Virus record (IMG/VR): IMGVR_UViG_3300025072_000056
DNA from: a virus
DNA length: 22,874 nucleotides
Direction: 5' to 3' (one strand)
The notes beneath the pieces were generated by a model. That model worked only from the letters and a program-made list of their open reading frames with translations. It did not search any database and was not told the origin of the DNA. Positions 8,655 through 15,700 of this stretch are shown here, piece after piece; positions within the stretch are counted from its first letter, which is position 1, and every line of letters begins with the position of its first letter. The translations under genes were made by a program, and so were the position numbers.

Positions 8655-9956
8655 ATGTTTCAAACGGAACACCTACAGGAAAAGTGGCAGCCAGTACTTG
8701 AGCATCCTGAACTCCCAGAGATTAAAGATGCTTACCGTCGGGCCGTTACTACACTAATCCTGGAAAACCAAGAGCGAGCTATGAGAGAAGATGGCGAATT
8801 TCTCAAAGAAGCTGCTCCTACAAACGCAACCGGTGCGTCAGTTGCAAATTGGGATCCGATCCTAATTTCGCTAGTCCGTCGTGCCATGCCTTCACTTATC
8901 GCTTATGACGTATGTGGCGTTCAGCCAATGACAGGTCCTACAGGACTTATCTTTGCAATGAAAGCTCGTTATACTTCACAAGCTGGTGATGAGGCACTAT
9001 TCAACGAAGCTGATACTGACTTTTCTGGTGACGGGACTCATGTGGGTTCTGATGTACTAAAAGTTATGTCTAATGCAAACTATCGTGCTGGCACGGCCAT
9101 GACCACAGCAGCTGCTGAAGCTCTGGGCGATTCCGCCTCAAATGCTTTCGCAGAGATGGCATTCAGTATTGAGAAAGCAACCGTGACTGCAAAGTCCCGT
9201 GCTCTCAAAGCTGAATACACGATGGAACTTGCTCAGGACTTGAAAGCCATTCATGGTTTGGACGCAGAAACAGAACTTGCTAATATTCTAAGTTCTGAAA
9301 TTCTTGCTGAAATCAACCGTGAAGTAGTCCGTACAATCTATGTCAATTCAAAACAGGGTGCAGCTCAGAACACGACTACATCCGGTATCTTTGACCTAGA
9401 CACAGACTCCAACGGCCGATGGTCAGTTGAGAAATTTAAAGGTCTTATGTTCTCTATCGAGCGTGATGCCAACGTAATTGCACGTGATACTCGTCGTGGT
9501 AAAGGTAATATTATCCTTTGCTCCGCTGATGTTGCTTCTGCTCTTTCGATGGCCGGCTTGCTTGATTATACATCTGGTCTTTCTGACAGTCTTACAGTAG
9601 ACTCCACAGGCAACACATTCGCTGGTACATTGAATGGTCGCTTCAAAGTCTATGTCGATCCTTATGCAAATATGGGCGCACCTTATGGTGGTTCTGGAGC
9701 AAGTGAGTTCCAGTACTATGTTGTTGGTTATAAGGGCTCGTCTCCATATGATGCTGGTTTATTCTATTGCCCGTATGTGCCGTTGCAGATGGTGCGTGCC
9801 GTTGGTGAGAATAGCTTCCAGCCGAAGATTGGCTTTAAGACTCGTTATGGTATGCAGGTTAATCCTTTCGCACAAGCCGCCGCTGCTACAGATGGTGCTG
9901 GTGCTCGGGACTCCAACGTGTACTACCGTCGCGTTCAGATTGCTAACCTTATGTAA
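8655..9956 (+). CDS. gp23: Major capsid protein (gp23)
   Basis: QPMTGPTGLIFAM, KSRALKAEYTMELAQDLKAIHGLDAE and FQPKIGFKTRYG motifs. A probable gp21 cleavage site (L-x-E) is seen at FLKE/AAP. Confidence 0.98.
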   Translation: MFQTEHLQEKWQPVLEHPELPEIKDAYRRAVTTLILENQERAMREDGEFLKEAAPTNATGASVANWDPILISLVRRAMPSLIAYDVCGVQPMTGPTGLIFAMKARYTSQAGDEALFNEADTDFSGDGTHVGSDVLKVMSNANYRAGTAMTTAAAEALGDSASNAFAEMAFSIEKATVTAKSRALKAEYTMELAQDLKAIHGLDAETELANILSSEILAEINREVVRTIYVNSKQGAAQNTTTSGIFDLDTDSNGRWSVEKFKGLMFSIERDANVIARDTRRGKGNIILCSADVASALSMAGLLDYTSGLSDSLTVDSTGNTFAGTLNGRFKVYVDPYANMGAPYGGSGASEFQYYVVGYKGSSPYDAGLFYCPYVPLQMVRAVGENSFQPKIGFKTRYGMQVNPFAQAAAATDGAGARDSNVYYRRVQIANLM

Positions 9957-10021
9957 GAGAAGTCTTATTACAAAAAACATTCGCCATAATAATATTATAA
10001 AGAATGTGATTTTTGGACCCC

Positions 10022-10048
10022 AACCTCCACCGCGGTTGGGGTTTTTTT
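10022..10048 (+). terminator. Rho-independent terminator after gp23
   Basis: AACCTCCAC-CGCG-GTTGGGGTT forms a GC-rich stem with one G-U pair and one mismatch, followed by a T tract. Confidence 0.75.
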
Positions 10049-10057
10049 ATTATAAAA

Positions 10058-10324
10058 ATGTATAAATTTTCTGATAAACATATTTGTGAAGAATGCCTTT
10101 ATGAGCATTTTCCTACAAAGGCCGAGCGTATTATCTGGAGGTCTATAACAGAAGTTGATTATTTAGATTCTAAAGTGAAGAAGGTTCAATCTACATTGGC
10201 CCGGGCAGACCCTAACCGTAATGATAATGAGCATGAAAGAAAAATTGCTCAACGACAGGCGGATAAGATGATGCAAAAATATGATATGGTGAAAGTGGTA
10301 TGTGATTGGTGTAATGATAAATAG
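10058..10324 (+). CDS. Hypothetical 88-aa protein with a DUF2786-like helical core between two CxxC motifs (start reassigned to ATG 10058)
   Basis: CEEC near the N-terminus and CDWC at the C-terminus. The middle KVKKVQSTLARAD...NEHERKIAQRQADKMMQKYD resembles the DUF2786 pattern. The ORF-track start runs through the terminator. Confidence 0.6.
   Translation: MYKFSDKHICEECLYEHFPTKAERIIWRSITEVDYLDSKVKKVQSTLARADPNRNDNEHERKIAQRQADKMMQKYDMVKVVCDWCNDK
10316..10323 (+). promoter_or_regulatory. Late promoter variant GATAAATA
   Basis: One mismatch to consensus, upstream of the 126-aa gene and gp3. Confidence 0.55.
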
Positions 10325-10384
10325 TAAGAATAAAGGTATCTTTCCGTATGATAAGCTCTACGGGTACCAACAAGGAGAAATAAA

Positions 10385-10765
10385 ATGGCTAGTACAAGTC
10401 AAATTTTAAGAAATAAAAAACAAGGTAGTTTTGTCGTAAAGGTTGAAGGTGATGATGCTGCTACAACAAATTTAGATGCATCAGCTCTTACAGGTTTGCC
10501 GGCCGACGGAACAGCTACATTACGAAGAGCGATGTGGACTATGGCAAGTGGCGCTATTACAGTAACTTGGGATGGGGCTACAGACGCTGTAGCAGCAAGG
10601 TTTTCGGGTAATGGAAATTGGAATCTAACACAGAATCCTCCAGTGATTGCTAATAATGCTACAGATCCTACTGGTGATATAGTGATAGCAAAAACTACAG
10701 CTTCTGTCTATTCAATAATTTTAGAATTCGGCACTGGTGCTTATAAGGAAGATGCCGCGGCATAA
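10385..10765 (+). CDS. Hypothetical beta-rich protein, probable virion structural protein
   Basis: 126 aa, rich in Ala/Thr/Gly, strong SD AAGGAG, late-like promoter upstream, located between gp23 and gp3. Confidence 0.6.
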   Translation: MASTSQILRNKKQGSFVVKVEGDDAATTNLDASALTGLPADGTATLRRAMWTMASGAITVTWDGATDAVAARFSGNGNWNLTQNPPVIANNATDPTGDIVIAKTTASVYSIILEFGTGAYKEDAAA

Positions 10766-10769
10766 TTAG

Positions 10770-11381
10770 ATGGCTCAATCATCAACTTTACCTTCTACGG
10801 GTGATGTGAATCCGTTACAGAGGCAGCCCACAACTTTTGATTTTGCTCAGACTAATCAATTTAAAGTGTATCTGCCTATCTTCCCTACGATGGAATGGTT
10901 TGTGGTGCGTGCTAATATTCCTGGTGTTACACTAGGACAAACGGTACAAGCCACACCATTCACGGATTCTCCTGTGTCTGGAGATAAACTCCAGTATGAT
11001 GATTTTAATATGACGTTTTTGGTAGATGAAAAGTTAGAAAATCTTATGGAGCTGTATGCTTGGATGATGAATATTGGATTCCCTTTTAGTCGTAATCAGT
11101 TTAATAGATTGGAAAGGCCGGACAATTTGAACATGGATACAAAATCAGTATATAATTCTTCTGTGGGTAGAAATCTTCCAACAACAGATTCTAATTTATA
11201 TACTGATATTCTTATGACCGTAATGTCCAGCAAGAATAATGCTGTAGCTAATGTGGTTATTTACCGAGCTTTTCCTATTAATTTGAGTGGTATGGATTAT
11301 AGTTCAGCTGAAAGTGATACAACATATGCTGAGTGTACAGTAACATTTGCTTACCAGTGGTACGATATACAATCTGTATAA
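10770..11381 (+). CDS. gp3: Tail completion and sheath stabilizer protein (gp3)
   Basis: ANIPGVTLG, GDKLQYDDFNMTFLVDEKLENL and FPINLSGMDY motifs; standard position before uvsY. Confidence 0.88.
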   Translation: MAQSSTLPSTGDVNPLQRQPTTFDFAQTNQFKVYLPIFPTMEWFVVRANIPGVTLGQTVQATPFTDSPVSGDKLQYDDFNMTFLVDEKLENLMELYAWMMNIGFPFSRNQFNRLERPDNLNMDTKSVYNSSVGRNLPTTDSNLYTDILMTVMSSKNNAVANVVIYRAFPINLSGMDYSSAESDTTYAECTVTFAYQWYDIQSV

Positions 11382-11384
11382 ATA
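11377..11384 (+). promoter_or_regulatory. Late promoter TATAAATA overlapping the gp3 stop codon
   Basis: Exact consensus. Confidence 0.8.
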
Positions 11385-11390
11385 AAAATA

Positions 11391-11516
11391 GAAGCAGTGT
11401 ATGTCCTCAGTATTGGATATAATCTTCTAGACAATATTATTATTAAAGTAGAAGTATATTATAGCTAAATGCATGCAATTAAAGGCGCGAGAGACCTCTG
11501 GCTGCTTCGCCTTTTT
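11391..11516 (+). ncRNA. Putative structured RNA or 5' leader upstream of uvsY
   Basis: Begins 6 nt after TATAAATA. GAAGCAGT (11391-98) is complementary to GCTGCTTC (11501-08). Internal stem 11418-29 pairs with 11449-63, and AAAGGCG pairs with CGCCTTT. Folded by eye only. Confidence 0.45.
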
Positions 11517-11521
11517 ATATT

Positions 11522-11947
11522 ATGGACTTTGAAGAATTACGAAAGCAAATTGATATTGATTTGAGGATAGATGATACTGAGTTGGATTTAGAAAGTATCA
11601 GGACTCCGCAGATACACAACAAGTATTTGCAATTATACACCAAGTATTCCTTACAACTCAAGAAAGCTCGGGACGATTACAATTCTTTGTATCGGACCAA
11701 ATGGGAGTATTATACAGGCAAAGCTGAGCCTGAGGTGTATAGAGAAAATCCTTTTGACATAAAGGTACTCAAAGCTGATGTGGGAATCTACCTCAACTCT
11801 GATTTGGAATTACAACAACAGAGTCAGAGAGTAGAATATGTAAAACAATATGTAGATTATTTGGAAAGAATACTACGAGAGATAACAAATAGAGGATTTC
11901 ATATAAACAACACCATAAAGTGGAAGCAATTTCTGCATGGTGAGTGA
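11522..11947 (+). CDS. uvsY: Recombination mediator UvsY
   Basis: 141 aa. HNKYLQLY, KWEYYTGKA and RGFHINNTIKWKQF motifs; precedes uvsW. Confidence 0.88.
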   Translation: MDFEELRKQIDIDLRIDDTELDLESIRTPQIHNKYLQLYTKYSLQLKKARDDYNSLYRTKWEYYTGKAEPEVYRENPFDIKVLKADVGIYLNSDLELQQQSQRVEYVKQYVDYLERILREITNRGFHINNTIKWKQFLHGE

Positions 11948-13422
11948 TAGTGGAAAAAGTAATACTTGAAAAATTTGATGAAGCATATCTCAGGATTAAA
12001 TGTGAGCCTGGAGTCAGTAAGGAGTTATCTGACTTCTTTACATTTACCGTGCCGGGAGCGAAATTCATGCCATCCGTCCGACGAAAAATATGGGACGGAA
12101 AAATCAGACTATATTCTGCTGGTACTGGTAAAATCTATCTGGGATTATTACCTTATGTATGTAAGTATCTCAAGGAGCAAGGATGTAAAATCTCCTTCAG
12201 TGACAACCTTACCCGTCCACCAAAAATTAATAAAGACCTCGCGACAAAGTTTATCAGGTCTTTACAAACGGGTGACCTCAAGGCAAGAGAATATCAAATA
12301 GATGCCATACTCAATGTAATAGAGAATGAGCGAGCACTGATATTATCTCCTACTGGTTCAGGTAAATCATTTATCATTTATGCCTTGGTCAGGCACTACA
12401 TAGACTACCTCATATTCACCAATGGTATCCCAGGCAATAACCGGGTACTGATAGTCGTACCTACAACCAATCTTGTCGAGCAGATGTATACAGATTTTGC
12501 TGATTATGGTTGGACTCCAGATAAACATTGTCATAAGCTATATGCAGGTTCAGATAAAGAAACAGAGAAAGAAGTTATCATATCCACGTGGCAATCCATC
12601 TACAAACTGGATAAAAAATACTTCAGTCAGTTTGGTGCTGTGATTATTGATGAGGCTCATTTAGCTAAGGCAAAGTCATTGACCGGCATTATGACCAAAC
12701 TGAACCATTGTAGATATCGTATTGGGCTCACAGGCACATTAGATGGCACAGAGGTTCACAGATTAGTATTAGAGGGTTTGTTTGCGGTACATAAACAAGT
12801 CACAACCACCAGCCAGTTGATAGAAGATAAACATTTATCCAATCTAAACATACAATGTCTGGTATTGAAACACCACCAAAGTAAAAGATTTCTTATGCCT
12901 TATGAAAAGGAAGTAGCATTTCTAGCTGAAGATGAGTCCAGAAATAAATTCATATCTAAACTGGCATCTACTCAGGAAGGCAACACTCTGGTGCTATGTC
13001 GTTTTATCAGACAATTAGAGCTGCTGGAAGAGCTCCTCTCAACCACAGATAGAGAAGTTTATATGGTGTATGGTAAGACACCTGTAGACGACCGAGAGAA
13101 GGTGCGTCAATTGGTAGAGTCTGGTGATGACATTATCGTGTTAGCATCTTATGGTGTATTTTCTACTGGTATCAACATCAAAAGACTACATAACATCGTG
13201 TTTGGCTCACCTTATCGTAGTCAAATAAAAGTCCTACAGTCAATAGGTAGAGGACTAAGGACTTCAGATGATAAGGAGATTCTAAAAGTGTTTGACTTAG
13301 CGGATGATTTAGTGTATAATGGTAGAGATAACTACACAATTAAGCATTTTAGAGAAAGAATAAAAATATATGCTGAACAGGACTTTTCGTATGATATTGT
13401 CCAGGTAACACTAAAGAGATAA
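11944..13422 (+). CDS. uvsW: SF2 DNA helicase UvsW
   Basis: WDGKIRL, Walker A SPTGSGKS, DEAH box and motif VI QSIGRGLR. Confidence 0.96.
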   Translation: MIVEKVILEKFDEAYLRIKCEPGVSKELSDFFTFTVPGAKFMPSVRRKIWDGKIRLYSAGTGKIYLGLLPYVCKYLKEQGCKISFSDNLTRPPKINKDLATKFIRSLQTGDLKAREYQIDAILNVIENERALILSPTGSGKSFIIYALVRHYIDYLIFTNGIPGNNRVLIVVPTTNLVEQMYTDFADYGWTPDKHCHKLYAGSDKETEKEVIISTWQSIYKLDKKYFSQFGAVIIDEAHLAKAKSLTGIMTKLNHCRYRIGLTGTLDGTEVHRLVLEGLFAVHKQVTTTSQLIEDKHLSNLNIQCLVLKHHQSKRFLMPYEKEVAFLAEDESRNKFISKLASTQEGNTLVLCRFIRQLELLEELLSTTDREVYMVYGKTPVDDREKVRQLVESGDDIIVLASYGVFSTGINIKRLHNIVFGSPYRSQIKVLQSIGRGLRTSDDKEILKVFDLADDLVYNGRDNYTIKHFRERIKIYAEQDFSYDIVQVTLKR

Positions 13423-13425
13423 ATA
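13418..13425 (+). promoter_or_regulatory. Late promoter variant GATAAATA overlapping the uvsW stop codon
   Basis: One mismatch to consensus, 4 nt before the GTG at 13430. Confidence 0.45.
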
Positions 13426-13429
13426 AACC

Positions 13430-13942
13430 GTGGAAGAAATAGCAAATATTGAAACACAAGCAACACCATACAAAATACTAAAAATGGTGAATGGGGATTC
13501 GGTTCTCTGTAAAATACTGCAGGAATCTGATAACGCTATTGTAGTAGAATGTCCGATGAATATAGTAAAATCTACTATTACGGATAAGACTAGTCATGTA
13601 GTAGAGCATACTGGTTTAGAGCGTTGGATTAATTTTACTAAAGATATCAGTTTTATTATAGATAAAGAAAAGATAATGGCTTTTGGTGATCTAGCACCTG
13701 AAATCTTATTGTATTATAAAATGGTATCTTCCAGAGTAAAGGCTGAGATAGAAGAAAATAAAGATGATGACATGGATGAAACACAGTTTCTACAGAAGAT
13801 GGAAGAAAATGCTAGAAGGGTTCGTGATTTACTTGGAGTTTCTGATGGAGAAATGGAGATGGAAGAGCTGTTTGATGAACTGAATGAGGAAGATGTAGAA
13901 GCTAGAATAACACACCAACCTACTAAAAGGATTCTTCATTGA
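13430..13942 (+). CDS. Hypothetical protein of the type found between uvsW and gp55 in T4-like phages
   Basis: 170-aa ORF with a beta-rich N-terminal domain (KILKMVNGDSVLC...LERWINFT) and an acidic C-terminus ending in KRILH. Confidence 0.7.
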   Translation: MEEIANIETQATPYKILKMVNGDSVLCKILQESDNAIVVECPMNIVKSTITDKTSHVVEHTGLERWINFTKDISFIIDKEKIMAFGDLAPEILLYYKMVSSRVKAEIEENKDDDMDETQFLQKMEENARRVRDLLGVSDGEMEMEELFDELNEEDVEARITHQPTKRILH

Positions 13943-13978
13943 GCGCTATACCTATCTTTGGCTCAAACACTGCTGTAT

Positions 13979-14007
13979 ATTATACCATATAAAAATATAT
14001 AAGTCAA
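13979..14007 (-). promoter_or_regulatory. Consensus sigma70 promoter on the minus strand (antisense)
   Basis: Minus strand reads TTGACT-17 nt-TATAAT, with TG in the extended -10 position. Confidence 0.65.
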
Positions 14008-14013
14008 GCATAA

Positions 14014-14253
14014 ATGGAAAAAGGTTTGAATATAATTTCTATCACGGATATCATAGAGCAAAAGGTCCGTAAGCAAAAAGAGTTAGATTTTTATAATTCT
14101 CAATTAGAAGAATTACAACGTAAGAAGTTTTGGATAGAAAAAGAGATTCATTTAGCTGAGTTTATTATATCTGCCGTAAAGAATGAGATTTCACCACAGG
14201 CTTTTGTGAAGGCATTAATAGAAGCTGAATTAGGTACAGATGAAGATTCTTAA
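14014..14253 (+). CDS. Hypothetical coiled-coil protein
   Basis: 79-aa ORF with heptad-like EQKVRKQKELDFYNSQLEELQRKK; overlaps the next gene. Confidence 0.65.
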   Translation: MEKGLNIISITDIIEQKVRKQKELDFYNSQLEELQRKKFWIEKEIHLAEFIISAVKNEISPQAFVKALIEAELGTDEDS

Positions 14254-14662
14254 TATGGAAAAACCAGAACATAAACACATAATTATCAGGGCAGAGGTAA
14301 ATGATCCACCTCAAGAGAAAGATGGGGAATCTCTGGCTACATGGATAGAAGAATTGATTGATAAGATTGGCATGAAATTGTTACATGGGCCACATTTTGC
14401 TTATGTTGATGTTGAGGGAAACAAAGGACTAACTGCAGTTGCTATTATAGAGACCAGTCATATTGCTGTCCATGTATGGGAAGAAGTTTCTCCTGCATTG
14501 ATGCAGATGGATGTGTATACTTGTGGGCCATTTGATCCACAGATTGTATTTGACTTCTTAAAGGCCTTTAGTCCAGTTAAAATAGAATGGAAATATATGG
14601 ACCGAGAGTTTGATTTAAAAACTATTGATGTCGGTTCTTGGAGTAAAAATAAAAACTCTTGA
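14240..14662 (+). CDS. speD: Pyruvoyl-dependent decarboxylase of the S-adenosylmethionine decarboxylase (SpeD/SpeH) family; start may be ATG 14255
   Basis: HKHIIIRA, GLTAVAIIETSHIAVHVW (self-cleavage Ser-His) and MQMDVYTCG motifs. Confidence 0.85.
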   Translation: MKILNMEKPEHKHIIIRAEVNDPPQEKDGESLATWIEELIDKIGMKLLHGPHFAYVDVEGNKGLTAVAIIETSHIAVHVWEEVSPALMQMDVYTCGPFDPQIVFDFLKAFSPVKIEWKYMDREFDLKTIDVGSWSKNKNS

Positions 14663-14687
14663 CAATCTACTTTAGCCGTGTTATTAT
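14659..14687 (+). promoter_or_regulatory. Sigma70-type (early/middle) promoter for the NDT-gp55-gp47-gp46-dam block
   Basis: TTGACA (14659-64), 17 nt, TATTAT (14682-87), with an extended -10 TG. Confidence 0.75.
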
Positions 14688-14722
14688 ATAAGTGTCTAAA
14701 AAATAAAAAGTAGGCATTTTAT

Positions 14723-15193
14723 ATGAGTTTAAGAAAAACCGTCTATCTCGCCGGCCCTATTGCCGAGTGTGATGACAAAGAAGCAAATGAATGGCGTGAT
14801 TGGGTGACAAGCCGATTGCCGTATGGTATTATTGGTATTTCACCACTCCGTTGTGAGCCATTAAAAGAGGGTATGAGGTATACAGATCCGGGTGCCACAG
14901 AAAAAATGTGGTCCGATCCTAGAGCAATAGCAACCAAGAATTGGTTAGATACTGAATCGTGTGATTTGGTTCTAGCCTATCTCCCACAAGAATTGAATGA
15001 ACGGCGACCATCATATGGTACCGTGATTGAAATTGGTTGGGCTATTGGTTTGAGAAAGCCCCTTGTAGTGGTATCAGATGATGAATATCTAATGGAACAT
15101 CCACTCATTCAACATAATGCTTCTTGGAGATTAGATAATCTTGAGGATGCTGTAGAAGTTATTACAGGTCTTTTTGGAGATTATGTACAATGA
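14723..15193 (+). CDS. Nucleoside 2-deoxyribosyltransferase / nucleotide N-glycosidase-like protein
   Basis: VYLAGPI, D...CDLVLAYL and SYGTVIEIGWA..LRKP match the NDT/DNPH1-type fold, including the candidate catalytic Tyr and Glu. Confidence 0.8.
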   Translation: MSLRKTVYLAGPIAECDDKEANEWRDWVTSRLPYGIIGISPLRCEPLKEGMRYTDPGATEKMWSDPRAIATKNWLDTESCDLVLAYLPQELNERRPSYGTVIEIGWAIGLRKPLVVVSDDEYLMEHPLIQHNASWRLDNLEDAVEVITGLFGDYVQ

Positions 15194-15203
15194 GGAATAT
15201 CCG

Positions 15204-15692
15204 ATGGCCGCAAAGAAGAAAAAGAAAAAACACCATTATGTAGATAACAAGAAGTTTTTGGAAGCAATAATCGAAAGAAAAGAATTGATAGCTGAGGCAG
15301 AAGCTCAAGGCGAACCTAAGCCACAGATTAGTAATTATCTAGGAGAGTGTATCCTGAAGATTGCTAATCATTTGTCTTATCGTCCTAACTTTATCAATTA
15401 TACTTACCGTGAGGAGATGATATCAGATGGTATCGAAAACTGCTTACAGTATATAGATAAGTTTGATCCCAACTTTTCTACTAATCCTTTTGCTTATTTT
15501 ACACAGATTATTTACTACGCATTTATTCGTAGGATTCAAAAAGAAAAGAAACAGCAATCTATTAGAGAAAAATTACTGAAAGAAACTGGTATAGAAAATA
15601 GAATTGCTTTACAGAAACACGATGATGAAAGAGATTTTCAACAGAGTTTCGATGAAATGTTGGACAAGTATGTATTCCATGCTGACGAATAG
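15204..15692 (+). CDS. gp55: Late-transcription sigma factor (gp55); start reassigned to ATG 15204
   Basis: HYVDNKKF, KIANHLSYRPNFINY, EEMISDGIENC and NPFAYFTQIIYYAFIRRIQKEKKQ motifs. SD GAGG precedes 15204. Confidence 0.95.
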   Translation: MAAKKKKKKHHYVDNKKFLEAIIERKELIAEAEAQGEPKPQISNYLGECILKIANHLSYRPNFINYTYREEMISDGIENCLQYIDKFDPNFSTNPFAYFTQIIYYAFIRRIQKEKKQQSIREKLLKETGIENRIALQKHDDERDFQQSFDEMLDKYVFHADE

Positions 15693-15700
15693 GATTTTTT

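Noticed and set aside
9634-10065. 143-aa plus-strand ORF overlapping the gp23 3' end
   Set aside because: An alternate frame of gp23 that runs through the terminator, with no start signal and no slippery site noticed.
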